A DNA stretch of 62,759 bases, counting the filler. It is 10 parts of 10 records of this genome, joined end to end, with 100 filler letters (N's around TTAATTAATTAA, not from the genome) between each part and the next. Parts side by side here need not be neighbours in the genome. Positions count along the whole stretch, not along the records: positions 5,976 to 13,856 come from SRR20825010_989; positions 13,957 to 19,235 come from SRR20825010_993; positions 19,336 to 24,242 come from SRR20825010_995; 7 more parts are not named here. One strand, written 5' to 3'. Position numbers and translations under genes: made by a program. Under the pieces are notes generated by a model, which saw nothing but the letters and a program-made list of their open reading frames with translations, ran no database searches and was not told the DNA's origin. Each line of letters opens with the position of its first letter. Position 1 is the first letter of the stretch. Of this stretch, positions 9,754 through 20,221 are shown in pieces.

Positions 9754-10917
9754 TCAGCCGCCGAAATGCGCCGCCAGCCGGTCGGCCGCTTCATCCAGGA
9801 TCGCGTCCTGCTTGGCAAAGCAGAAACGGATGAAATTCTTCGACGCATTGCTGGAGTAAAAGCCGCTGACCGGCAATGCCGTCACCCCGGCTTCGGTCGT
9901 GATATAGCGGCAGAACGCGGCATCGTCCCCATCGAAACCAAGACCGGAAATATCGACGAACTGAAAATACGTTCCCTCACACTCAACGCAATCGAAACCG
10001 TTGATCCGGCTCAACCCGTCCGCCAGACGATCACGCTTGGCCTGCATCGTATCCCGCAGCCCGTTGAAATAGCTGTCATCCTGTCCGAGGCCAAAGGCGA
10101 CCGCGCGCTGCAGATTCGGCGCCGTGGTGAAGACCAGGAACTGGTGCGCCTTGGAAATCGGCTGCAACAGATCCGCCGGTGCCGTCACATAGCCGACCTT
10201 CCAGCCCGTGACAGAGAACGTCTTGCCGGCGGAGCCGATCCGCACCGACCGGTCCCGCATTCCCGGCAGCGTCATCAGCGGATGATGCCGGCGGCCATCG
10301 AAGGCCATATGCTCGTAAACCTCGTCGCAGACCGCGTAGCAGTCATGCTCTATCACGGTCTCGGCGATGACTTTCAGTTCGGCCTCGGTAAACACCTTGG
10401 AGGCCGGGTTCATCGGCGAATTCAGCACAACAAGTTTGGTCTTCTCGCTGAACGCAGCCTTGAAGGCCGCAATATCGAGCTTCCATTCCGGCGGGCGCAG
10501 GGTGACCACTTTGGGAATGCCCCCTGCCCGCCTGATGATCGGCTGATAGCAGTCATATGTCGGCTCGATCACCACGACCTCGTCACCCGGCTCGATAAGG
10601 CCGAAGAAACAGGCAGCCAGCCCTTCGGTCGCCCCCGTGGTGACGATAACCTCGGTCTGCCAGTCCACATCGAGATCATAGAACCGCTTGTTATGATCGG
10701 CGACGGCCTGCCGCAGTTCCGGAACACCAAGCATTGGCGGATACTGGTTCGGGCGATCGAACAGGAAGTTCGAGGCCTGCTGCAAGACCGCATCCGGGCC
10801 GCTGTCATCCGGAAAGCCCTGCCCGAGATTAATAGAGCCATGCTCGATCGCCAGGCGTGACATGACCTCGAACACGGTTGTTCCAAACGAGGAAAGCAGG
10901 CTGTTTGCAGGCTTCAT
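9754..10917 (-). CDS. Class I/II PLP aminotransferase (YbdL / kynurenine-glutamine transaminase-like)
   Basis: INLGQGFPD, NQYPP, CDEVYEH, SAGKTFSVTGWKVG, IRFCFAK; start taken at ATG 10917. Confidence 0.9.
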   Translation of the reverse strand: MKPANSLLSSFGTTVFEVMSRLAIEHGSINLGQGFPDDSGPDAVLQQASNFLFDRPNQYPPMLGVPELRQAVADHNKRFYDLDVDWQTEVIVTTGATEGLAACFFGLIEPGDEVVVIEPTYDCYQPIIRRAGGIPKVVTLRPPEWKLDIAAFKAAFSEKTKLVVLNSPMNPASKVFTEAELKVIAETVIEHDCYAVCDEVYEHMAFDGRRHHPLMTLPGMRDRSVRIGSAGKTFSVTGWKVGYVTAPADLLQPISKAHQFLVFTTAPNLQRAVAFGLGQDDSYFNGLRDTMQAKRDRLADGLSRINGFDCVECEGTYFQFVDISGLGFDGDDAAFCRYITTEAGVTALPVSGFYSSNASKNFIRFCFAKQDAILDEAADRLAAHFGG

Positions 10918-11120
10918 CTGAGCGACTCCAGGGCATTCCACGAAAATAGTGGCATGGCGATTAGCCCAAGGTTGCGGCCAACGCAAGGCTCCCGCAGCTG
11001 TGCTGCAATGCAGCACCAAATGCGCGTGACGAAACTGCCAATTGAGCGGCCCTTTCCCCACAGCTATAAGGGCGATACGGAAATAAATAAATTCCCGATA
11101 AAATCGGAAGGAACAGGGTC

Positions 11121-12287
11121 ATGACCAAGCTCGCGGAGCGCCTTAATCATCTTGGAACGGAAACCGCGTTCTCCGTTCTGGCGCGGGCCAATGCGCTTGC
11201 CGCCGAAGGCAAGAGCATCATCAATCTCGGCATCGGCCAGCCGGACTTCCGCACGCCGGACAATATCGTCGAGGCAGCGGTCAAGGCTCTGCATGACGGC
11301 CATCACGGCTATACCCCCGCGAACGGCATTCCCGCGCTCCGTGAAGCGGTCGCGGCGAACCTTGAAAAACGGCATGGCGTCGCCATCGATCCAGGCAGGG
11401 TTCTGGTTGTTCCGGGCGGCAAGGTCACAATGTTCCTCGCCATGATGATCTTCGGCGAGCCCGGCGCGGAAATCATGTTCCCGGATCCCGGCTTTCCAAT
11501 CTACCAGTCCGCCATCGAATTTTCCGGCGCGAAAGCTGTCTCCATCCAGCTGCGCGAAGAAAACGGTTTTGCCTTTTCGGCCGAGGAAGTGCTGGCAGGC
11601 ATTACCGAGCGGACCCGGCTGATCATTGTCAACAGCCCGGCCAACCCGACCGGCGGCGTTGTGCCCCGGGCCGAATTCGACAAACTGGTGGCCGGCCTGC
11701 AAGCCTGGCCCGATGTCGCCATCATGAGCGACGAGATCTATAGCGAAATGCTTTATGACGGCCGCGAGCATGTCAGCCTGCTGCAATATCCCGAAATCGC
11801 GGATCGCCTGATCCTGCTCGACGGCTGGTCCAAGACCTATGCCATGACCGGCTGGCGCCTTGGCTACAGTGTCTGGCCGAAAGACGTCTTTCCGCATGCC
11901 GAGAAGCTCTGCGTGAACATTCACTCCTGCGTCAATGCGGCGGCACAGTTCGCCGGCCTAGAAGCTCTGACAGGCCCGCAGGATGCCGTTTCGGAAATGC
12001 TCACGGCCTTCAACGCGCGCCGCAAGGTTATCGTCAAGGAACTGAACGACGTTCCCGGCTTCCGCTGCATTGAGCCAGGCGGTGCATTCTATACCTTCCC
12101 GAATATCGAGGGCACCGGCATGAAGGCTCAGGCATTGCAGGAGAAACTCCTGGAGGAAGCCGGTGTCGCGGTCATCGCCGGCACCAGCTTCGGTGGTTTC
12201 GGTGAAGGATACCTGCGCTTTTCCTACGCCAACTCGACGGAAAACATCGTCGAGGCCATCGCCCGCATACGGAAATGCCTCGCATAG
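11121..12287 (+). CDS. Class I PLP aminotransferase (aspartate aminotransferase-like)
   Basis: GIGQPDF, NSPANPTG, SDEIY, GWSKTYAMTGWRLG, YLRFSYA. Confidence 0.92.
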   Translation: MTKLAERLNHLGTETAFSVLARANALAAEGKSIINLGIGQPDFRTPDNIVEAAVKALHDGHHGYTPANGIPALREAVAANLEKRHGVAIDPGRVLVVPGGKVTMFLAMMIFGEPGAEIMFPDPGFPIYQSAIEFSGAKAVSIQLREENGFAFSAEEVLAGITERTRLIIVNSPANPTGGVVPRAEFDKLVAGLQAWPDVAIMSDEIYSEMLYDGREHVSLLQYPEIADRLILLDGWSKTYAMTGWRLGYSVWPKDVFPHAEKLCVNIHSCVNAAAQFAGLEALTGPQDAVSEMLTAFNARRKVIVKELNDVPGFRCIEPGGAFYTFPNIEGTGMKAQALQEKLLEEAGVAVIAGTSFGGFGEGYLRFSYANSTENIVEAIARIRKCLA

Positions 12288-12339
12288 CCTGATCTCGGCG
12301 TGGACGTGCCTCTTTTTTGCTGCCTGTTTTTTGATCAGG

Positions 12340-12356
12340 TGCGCGAAATTGGAGCA
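12340..12356. promoter_or_regulatory. Putative NtrC binding site upstream of glnB
   Basis: TGCGCGAAATTGGAGCA matches TGC-N11-GCA with an AT-rich core; weaker site TGCCTGTTTTTTGATCA at 12321-12337. Confidence 0.6.
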
Positions 12357-12431
12357 CGAAAGCGCCGTTTCGGCCTCTCTTCAGACACCCTCTTCCTTGC
12401 ATTTTCAATGCGTTACGATTTTTTGCGCAAC

Positions 12432-12447
12432 TGGCATGCGGCATGCT
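12432..12447 (+). promoter_or_regulatory. Sigma-54 (-24/-12) promoter of glnB
   Basis: TGGCATGCGGCATGCT = GG-N10-GC, 53 nt before the glnB ATG. Confidence 0.7.
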
Positions 12448-12452
12448 CTTAG

Positions 12453-12839
<387 letters not shown>

Positions 12840-13041
12840 TGATTACTGAACCCGTCCCTGCTTCGGAAGGGACGTAAGCCGTCCGGCATAAAATCCCGGA
12901 CGAATGAATCGGCGGGGCCGCGCAAATGCACGAACCCTCGTCAAACCAGGGATATTCGCCACAAAGGCTTTCGGACAAACCGCTAACGGTTGCTCCGAAC
13001 GCCCGGAGAGGCAAAGCCCCACCAAGTCAGGAAGGAAGACT

Positions 13042-13856
13042 ATGTCTGATGTGAACACCGTCTTGAGCATGATCAAGGAACATGATTGCAAGTTCGTTGA
13101 TCTCCGTTTCACGGATCCGCGCGGCAAGATGCAGCATGTGACGCAGGCCATCGAGACGATCGACGAAGAAAGCCTCGTTGAAGGCTTCATGTTCGACGGT
13201 TCCTCCATCGCCGGCTGGAAAGCCATCAACGAATCCGACATGAGCCTGAAGCTGGACCTGTCCACGGCGCGCGTCGATCCGTTCTTCGCACAGCCGACCC
13301 TGATGATCCTCTGCGACGTCGTGGACCCGATCACCGGACAGCCTTACGAGCGCGACCCGCGTTCCACGGCAAAGGCCGCACTGAACCACCTGAACAGCCT
13401 CGGCATAGGCGACACAGCCTTCTTCGGTCCGGAAGCCGAGTTCTTCGTCTTCGAAGACGTGAAGATCAAAACCGGCTCCAACATCGGCTACTACGAAGTC
13501 GATCACCCGGAAGGCCCGTACAACTCTGCCCGCGCCTATGAAGAGGGCAACATGGGTCACCGTCCGGGCGTCAAGGGCGGCTACTTCCCGGTTCCGCCGG
13601 TGGACAGCGAACAGGACCTGCGCAGCGAAATGCTCGCGGTCATGGGCGAAATGGGTGTGGATATCGAAAAGCACCACCACGAAGTCGCTCCGGCCCAGCA
13701 CGAACTCGGCATGAAATTCGGTACGCTTATCGAGACCGCCGATGCCCTGCAGATGTACAAATACGTCGTGCATAACGTCGCGCATGCCTATGGCAAGACC
13801 GCGACCTTCATGCCGAAGCCGATCGCTGGCGACAACGGCTCGGGCATGCACGTTCA
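13042..13856 (+). CDS. glnA: Glutamine synthetase type I; 3' truncated
   Basis: [42 protein letters not shown]. Confidence 0.98.
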
Positions 13857-13956
13857 NNNNNNNNNNNNNNNNNNNNNNNNNNNNNNNNNNNNNNNNNNNN
13901 TTAATTAATTAANNNNNNNNNNNNNNNNNNNNNNNNNNNNNNNNNNNNNNNNNNNN
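13857..13956. other. Synthetic contig spacer
   Basis: N44-TTAATTAATTAA-N44. Confidence 0.98.
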
Positions 13957-14491
13957 CGACCGTTGCAATCAACAGTGCCTGTTTGGTGCGCAATTCATTG
14001 GCTTCTTTGCGTTCGATATAAATGATGACGTTCCGGCGCAGCTGATCCATTTCCGGGGCGACATCAAGACTGTTCAGATAGAGTTTGGCGCCAGCGCGGG
14101 CCAAAAGATCGTTGGTCTTGTTCATTTCCTGCGTGAACAGGGCATACCGTTCTTCGGTGTCAGACAGATCCCCCATCAGGTTTTCATCGTTCTCATACGT
14201 ATGGGCGATGGTGATGGTGGTTTGAGTCAGACCGGATGGATCGACTTCAACGCATTCAGCAAGGGTTTTGCTGGTTTGATCGGCGGAGCATTCTACCGGG
14301 CGATCACCATATTCTTCCAGGGCCTTGCGCAAGTGTTCTTTAAGTTGGAGGTCGAGTTCAGATAAGCGCAACCGGATATCGCGCGCTGTTTCCTGGATGT
14401 TATCGTTGTCATGGTCAAGCGCCATGCTTGGCCAAACGATAAAAATCGATCCAGCGACCATCAAACACAGAATGATCAATAAACGGCGCAA
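13957..14491 (-). CDS. Hypothetical exported/membrane-anchored helical protein; 3' truncated
   Basis: N-terminal signal-like hydrophobic stretch, acidic helical body, second hydrophobic segment starting at the contig edge; same strand as the lipid A operon. Confidence 0.65.
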
Positions 14492-14602
14492 AAAACGAGG
14501 GCTCCTGGCAGCATTCTGAAAGGCGAGAACCGCGAGTGTGCGCGATCAGGGTTCGTAATCAGTTAATGAATGCCATAACACTCAAATTAAGGGGTCTTGA
14601 TC

Positions 14603-15508
14603 CTAATTCGGCCAGCGTCGATGAACCCAAAGCCACTGTTCAGGGCGCTCGCGGATCCAGGATTCCATCGTCGCATTCACCTCCGTCATAATGTTTGCAA
14701 TATCCGTGCGACGATCACCGGTCTTTTCAATATTAAGCGCCGGATAAAACGTCATACGGAAATGCGCACCTTCAAGACGTTCAACACGAACGGGAATAAT
14801 GGGCGCATCATATTTCAAGGCAAATTGCGCCAAGGCGGGGGCGGTCATGGCATCCCGACCGAAGAACGGAACTGCAATGCCGTCGCTCATTTTCTGATCG
14901 ACCAGCATGCAGGCATGCCCGCCTTCCTTCATGAAGCGGGTGAGTTTACGCGCACCATCAGGGCCTTTTTTAACCAACTGCCCACGGAAGGTTTTCCGGG
15001 CGCGCATGAACAGGCCATCAACCCATGGATTGTCGGGCGCGCGATAGACACTCATCATGTCCATTTCAAGCACGCTGGCAATGCACATGCTGACTTCCCA
15101 GTTGCCAATATGGCCGGTAAAGAACAGTCCGGCTTTGCCGTCGTCCTTGGATGCCAGACCGTGTTCGGCACCAATAATCTCGATGCGGGGGCCACCGGGC
15201 TGCATTTTGTGCAGATGGGGAATTTCAGCCGCAGACCGGCCAAGATGTTCCCACATACCGGCGATGATTTCTTCGATTTCTTCGGCAGATTTTTCCGGAA
15301 AAGCGCGCCGAAGGTTGTTGCGGGCCTTTTTCGATTGGCCAAGTTTTGTGCCAATCTTACGCAAAATCCAGCCGCCAAAATTGGATGCCATATCAACGGG
15401 CATTGCGGCAAACAGCCAATAGATCAGATATGCACCAAACCCCTGCAGCGGGTGCGAGATGTATTTCTGACGCATTTGATAGAATTTGCTGTTCTTATCC
15501 ATTGGCAA
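14603..15508 (-). CDS. lpxL: Lipid A late acyltransferase (LpxL/HtrB family)
   Basis: GHIGNWE, LVDQK, VPFFG, PEQWLWVHRRW. Confidence 0.88.
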   Translation of the reverse strand: MPMDKNSKFYQMRQKYISHPLQGFGAYLIYWLFAAMPVDMASNFGGWILRKIGTKLGQSKKARNNLRRAFPEKSAEEIEEIIAGMWEHLGRSAAEIPHLHKMQPGGPRIEIIGAEHGLASKDDGKAGLFFTGHIGNWEVSMCIASVLEMDMMSVYRAPDNPWVDGLFMRARKTFRGQLVKKGPDGARKLTRFMKEGGHACMLVDQKMSDGIAVPFFGRDAMTAPALAQFALKYDAPIIPVRVERLEGAHFRMTFYPALNIEKTGDRRTDIANIMTEVNATMESWIRERPEQWLWVHRRWPN

Positions 15509-16466
15509 GTACGGTCTTCACAATCGTCGAAAGCTGATCTGGTGCATCAAATGCCAGTCGAATATCCAAACTGCTTATGCCGTCGCGGCTTTCCATTGGC
15601 AAGCGCATCAGGTCTTTTTGCGTGGTGACAAGGGTTGCGCCAAGCTGTTCTGCCTGTGTCCGCAAGCTTATCAGCTCGTGCTCGCTGAAGACATGATGGT
15701 CGTCAAAGTCTTGGGTTTTGACGATTTCGGCCCCAACCTGTTTTAAGCTGTCATAAAACTTTTCCGGGCGTCCGATGCCGGCAAAGGCCATGACCTTTTG
15801 ATTGGCAAAATCAGCACCATTAATCGGTTCGATCTGTGCACGGAGTACCGGAACAGACGCAGGCAGGTCCGTAATGAATTTTGGCGTCTGATCGCCGATC
15901 AGGATAATGGCCCGGACCTTTTCAAGGCCGCTTAGCAGGGGTTCGCGCATCGGACCCGCGGGCATGACCTGACCATTGCCAATGCCATAATGGCTATCAA
16001 CAACAGCAAAACTGCAATCCTTGGTCAGGGACGGGTTTTGCAGCCCATCATCAAGAATGATTGCATCCGCGCCGGCCGCATGGGCCATTTCAGCACCAAG
16101 GAAACGTTCGCGTGAAATCCAGGCAGAACCATGGTGGGCAAGTAAAAGTGGTTCGTCGCCAACCTGTGCGGCGCGGTCACTGTTCGGATCGACGCGATGT
16201 GGTCCCGCGATTGATCCGCCATAGCCGCGGCTTACGAAATGCGGTGTACGGCCAAGGGCAGTTAAAATTTCGAACAAAACAATGGCTGTTGGTGTTTTGC
16301 CAGCACCCCCAACCGTAAAGTTCCCAACGCAAAAAACCGGACATCCGGGATGGCGGGCAGTTGTGGTCAGGTTCCGGATGCATGTCCCGGCACGCCAGAA
16401 TGCTGAAAGCGGTCTTAGCAGTGTGGGGACAATTCCGTCCTGTTGCCAAAAACGCGGATCACGCAT
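15495..16466 (-). CDS. lpxK: Tetraacyldisaccharide 4'-kinase
   Basis: VGNFTVGGAGKTP, SRGYG, GDEPLLL, LDDGLQ, PAGPMRE, AGIGRPEKF. Confidence 0.97.
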   Translation of the reverse strand: MRDPRFWQQDGIVPTLLRPLSAFWRAGTCIRNLTTTARHPGCPVFCVGNFTVGGAGKTPTAIVLFEILTALGRTPHFVSRGYGGSIAGPHRVDPNSDRAAQVGDEPLLLAHHGSAWISRERFLGAEMAHAAGADAIILDDGLQNPSLTKDCSFAVVDSHYGIGNGQVMPAGPMREPLLSGLEKVRAIILIGDQTPKFITDLPASVPVLRAQIEPINGADFANQKVMAFAGIGRPEKFYDSLKQVGAEIVKTQDFDDHHVFSEHELISLRTQAEQLGATLVTTQKDLMRLPMESRDGISSLDIRLAFDAPDQLSTIVKTVLANG

Positions 16467-17751
16467 GATCCACCTCTTTGATTGCTTTTTCGTTCATGAT
16501 CGGACGCAACGCATCAAGGGTGCGATCCAGAACTTCTGCCTTGGAATTGGCATAAGCAAGAGCTGCATCGGCGATCTTTTGCGTTGTTGCGCTATCGCGC
16601 AACAGTGCACCAACCTGACGGGTCAAATCTGCACCATCTGCGGCGGGACGGCAGGCACCTGCTGCCCGCATTTCTTCACTGATGGTGATGAAGTTGCTCA
16701 TATCCGGGCCATGCAGAATAGCACAACCCAGTCTGGCTGGTTCGAGCGGGTTTTGACCACCTGTTGCACACATGGTTTTACCCATAAAGCAAATCGGGGA
16801 GATGCGGTAAAACAGGCCCAACTCGCCAATGGTATCGGCGAGATATATGTCGGTTTGCGGTGTAATCGCGTGACCAAGGCTGCGACGTGAAACCTGTAAT
16901 CCTTGAGCGATCAAGTCCGCTTCGATGTCATCAGCACGATTGGGATGGCGTGGAACGATGATGGTCAAAAGACCATTATGTGTCGCGATCAGGTCCTTGT
17001 GAACGTCAGCGGCAATGCGTTCTTCGCCTTCAAAGGTACTTGATGCCAGCCAGACCGCGCGTTGGCCGATCTGTTCGCGCAAGTTTGCAAGTTCGGTGTC
17101 ATCCGCCGGAAGCGGCGGGGCCGCGAATTTTAAATTCCCTGCGGTTTTTACATGGGTTGCACCCAGGCTTTCAAACCGTTCGGATTCTTCGACACTTTGG
17201 GTCAGGATCAAATCAAACGCCGCAATGACCGGGCGAATGAAGGACGGAAATCGCGAATAGCCCTTAAAGCTTTTGGCCGAAATGCGCCCATTGAGCAGAA
17301 CCAGCTTCACACCGGCCTTTTTGGCCTTGGTCAGCATGTTCGGCCAAAGATCACTTTCAAGCCAAAGTGCGACATCCGGTTTCCAGTGATGGAGAAAGCG
17401 CGCCACACTGACTTGCCGATCAATCGGAATGAATTGATGGATCACCCCGTGTGGCAAACGATCATGCATCAATGCCGCCGAGGTGACCGTGCCGGTGGTC
17501 ACAAGCACCGAAACATTCGGGTATCGTCGACGAATTTCATCAATGACCGGCAAGGCAGACAGGGATTCACCGACACTGGCACCATGTATCCAGACAAGGT
17601 TGCCTTTCGGGCGCATGGCACTGGGATGACCAAATCGTTCGCCAATCCGTCCCGGATCTTCCTTGCCGCGGTTTTTCCGGCGGTTGAGATACAGATAAAG
17701 AGCCGGGCCAAGCAGGCGTGTTGCCGCGCGATAGGCGTAAAACAGGCTCAT
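16459..17751 (-). CDS. waaA: 3-deoxy-D-manno-octulosonic acid (Kdo) transferase
   Basis: WIHGASVGE, ESDLWPN, GNLKF, VPRHPNR, DTIGEL, GGQNPLEPA. Confidence 0.97.
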   Translation of the reverse strand: MSLFYAYRAATRLLGPALYLYLNRRKNRGKEDPGRIGERFGHPSAMRPKGNLVWIHGASVGESLSALPVIDEIRRRYPNVSVLVTTGTVTSAALMHDRLPHGVIHQFIPIDRQVSVARFLHHWKPDVALWLESDLWPNMLTKAKKAGVKLVLLNGRISAKSFKGYSRFPSFIRPVIAAFDLILTQSVEESERFESLGATHVKTAGNLKFAAPPLPADDTELANLREQIGQRAVWLASSTFEGEERIAADVHKDLIATHNGLLTIIVPRHPNRADDIEADLIAQGLQVSRRSLGHAITPQTDIYLADTIGELGLFYRISPICFMGKTMCATGGQNPLEPARLGCAILHGPDMSNFITISEEMRAAGACRPAADGADLTRQVGALLRDSATTQKIADAALAYANSKAEVLDRTLDALRPIMNEKAIKEVDHA

Positions 17752-18515
17752 TTACCGCCTTCCTCCGCCGCGATCTCGGACCGTTTCTGTTTTGCCTTTT
17801 CGTTGGGGCCAGCAGGCGGAATGGTTTTAAGGCCAAGGGCCGCGTCGGTGTCCTGCGTTAACTTGGTCAGGGCTGTTTCAAGTTCAAGCCGTTTGGCTTC
17901 AATACCAGCTTCGTCAAGTTTGCGATCAACATGGATCGGATCGCCCCAGTGAAAGACACCACGCGAAAATGGCAGGGGCAGAATAAACCTGTCCCAACTG
18001 CCCAGCACCTTTCGGTTGGATGCAGAATAGGTCAGGGGGAAAATCGGGACATTGCCCATCCGGGCGGCCTGAATGATACCGTCTGATGCCCGCATGCGGG
18101 GCCCGCGTGGTCCATCCGGGGTCATGCCAACAACTTCACCAGCCTTCAAGGCCTTCAGGATTTGTCGCAGGGCTGCAGCACCGCCTTTGCCCTTGCCGGT
18201 TGACCCTGCAATGGTTTTGGGGCCGAAATAGGCAATGGTGCGGGAAATGATATCCCCATCGCGGTGGGCTGAGATCAGCATATTAAACGGACGATCCCCG
18301 CCAACAGAACGCCATGTATAGGGCATCATCAACAGCCGCTGGTGCCAGAAAGCAACGATGAACGGTTTGCCTTCGGTCAAGTAATGGGCAGGATGATCGC
18401 CACCCTTGGTTTGCCAACGTCCTGTCGTATGGATCAGGCGCACATAGTTTGCCGCGAGCCAGCACAAAGTGCTCCGCGTGGTTTCGCTTCTGATGATCCG
18501 TTTATGCCACTGCAC
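17748..18515 (-). CDS. DUF374 family acyltransferase (LpxJ-like)
   Basis: FWHQRL, ISAHRDG, TPDGPRGP, SWDRFILPLPF; sits inside the lipid A operon. Confidence 0.88.
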   Translation of the reverse strand: MQWHKRIIRSETTRSTLCWLAANYVRLIHTTGRWQTKGGDHPAHYLTEGKPFIVAFWHQRLLMMPYTWRSVGGDRPFNMLISAHRDGDIISRTIAYFGPKTIAGSTGKGKGGAAALRQILKALKAGEVVGMTPDGPRGPRMRASDGIIQAARMGNVPIFPLTYSASNRKVLGSWDRFILPLPFSRGVFHWGDPIHVDRKLDEAGIEAKRLELETALTKLTQDTDAALGLKTIPPAGPNEKAKQKRSEIAAEEGGK

Positions 18516-18542
18516 GCCCGTAAATCCCGAAATTGTCCCGGA

Positions 18543-19235
18543 TCAGTTTCCGTTTTCTTCTGAGAATTGCAGATTGTAAAGGTTCGCATAAGCGCCCCCA
18601 AGTGCAAGCAATTCTTCGTGTTTGCCTTGTTCGGTTACCCGACCGTTATTGATCACACAGATTTTGTCCGCGTCAACAATGGTCGACAGACGGTGCGCGA
18701 TGACAAGAGTGGTGCGGCCCTTCATCAACTCGGCCAGTGCGCCCTGAATATGGCGTTCTGATTCGGTATCAAGAGCAGATGTTGCTTCATCAAGCAGCAA
18801 GATCGGTGCGTTTTTCAACATCGCACGGGCAATGGCAATACGCTGGCGCTGTCCGCCGGAAAGCTTCACACCGTTTTCACCAACAATGGTGTCATAGCCT
18901 TCTTCAAGTTGCAGGATGAAGTCATGGGCGGCGGCATGGCGGGCCGCATCTTCGATTTCGGCCTCCGTCGCACCGGCACGGCCATAGGCAATATTGGCGC
19001 GAACCGTATCATCAAACAGGGTGATTTCCTGACTGACCAAGGCGGTAGCTTTGCGCAGACTTTCAAGCGTTATGTTGCGAATGTCCTGACCATCGACGCT
19101 AATCGCACCATTATCAATGTCATAAAACCGCGGGATCAGGTTAAGGATGGTGGATTTACCCGCACCCGATGGCCCTACAAGGGCGACGGTTTCGCCCGCC
19201 TTGATTTCAAGATCAATATCACGAAGAGCGGTGAT
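18543..19235 (-). CDS. msbA: ABC exporter ATPase domain, lipid A flippase MsbA-like; 5' truncated
   Basis: Walker [10 protein letters not shown] in the upstream extension, LSGGQRQR signature, [18 protein letters not shown]; operon context. Confidence 0.85.
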   Translation of the reverse strand: MTALRDIDLEIKAGETVALVGPSGAGKSTILNLIPRFYDIDNGAISVDGQDIRNITLESLRKATALVSQEITLFDDTVRANIAYGRAGATEAEIEDAARHAAAHDFILQLEEGYDTIVGENGVKLSGGQRQRIAIARAMLKNAPILLLDEATSALDTESERHIQGALAELMKGRTTLVIAHRLSTIVDADKICVINNGRVTEQGKHEELLALGGAYANLYNLQFSEENGN

Positions 19236-19335
19236 NNNNNNNNNNNNNNNNNNNNNNNNNNNNNNNNNNNNNNNNNNNNTTAATTAATTAANNNNNNNNN
19301 NNNNNNNNNNNNNNNNNNNNNNNNNNNNNNNNNNN
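19236..19335. other. Synthetic contig spacer
   Basis: N44-TTAATTAATTAA-N44. Confidence 0.98.
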
Positions 19336-20221
19336 GTTCCTGATGCGCGTGCCGGAAGACGCCGGCGGCCTTGCGCTTGGAATGCGCGAGACCTGCGCGT
19401 TGATGCAGGCGCTGGGCGGCGGGCTGGCGCCCGAACCTATCGGATCGACCATCATGGCGGCAGCGCTTCTGGGCGAGGCCTTCCCCGAAGAAGCCGCAAG
19501 CGGCGCGCTGGTGATGGTGACAGCGTGGCAGGACGACGCGGCTTCGCTACTGTTCGAAGGCGGCGCGACCGGCGGACGGCTGAACGGCACCAAGATTGCC
19601 GTGCCGGGCGATGCGGATCTCTTCGCGGTCCTCACCGGGGCCGGCGTCGCCGTCGTGGCGCGCGATGCGCCGGGCGTTACGGTCGCGGAGGCCGATACGC
19701 TGGATGGCGGCCGGATCGCGACGCTGCATCTGCATAATGTCGCCGCCGATCTGGTCCCCTGCCCGCAGGCGACGTCCGTTGTTGAGGACATGGTGCTGGC
19801 GCATTCGGCCTATCTGCTCGGCCTTTCGGACCGGGCCTTGTGCATTACACTGGACTATCTGAAGGTGCGCGAACAATTCGGACGCCCCATCGGCAGCTTC
19901 CAGGCTTTGCAGCATCGCGCGACCGAGATGAAGATCCGGATCGAACTGTTGCGCGCCGCCATCATGGCGACAGCCGCGCGCTTCGACACCGGCGCGGATG
20001 CCGCCGCCCGTGCCCGCGATACCGACCGCTGCAAGCTGCGCGCGGCCGAAACCGCGATGCTGGTCGCACGCGAGGCCGTGCAGATGCACGGCGCAATGGG
20101 AATCACCGACGAGGCCGATATCGGATTGTTCGTCCGCCGCGCAATGACCGACGCCAACCTTTTCGGCGCACCCATGGCGGTGCGCGCCCGCCTGGCCCGC
20201 ACTCTGGAGGACGCCGCATGA
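19336..20221 (+). CDS. Acyl-CoA dehydrogenase family protein (short partner subunit type); 5' truncated
   Basis: VPEDAGGLAL, REQFGRPIGSFQALQH, AVQMHGAMGITDE. Confidence 0.9.

Noticed and set aside
12966..13018. Known glutamine (glnA) riboswitch
   Set aside because: Three-way junction shape only; the conserved closing stem and E-loop sequence are not present
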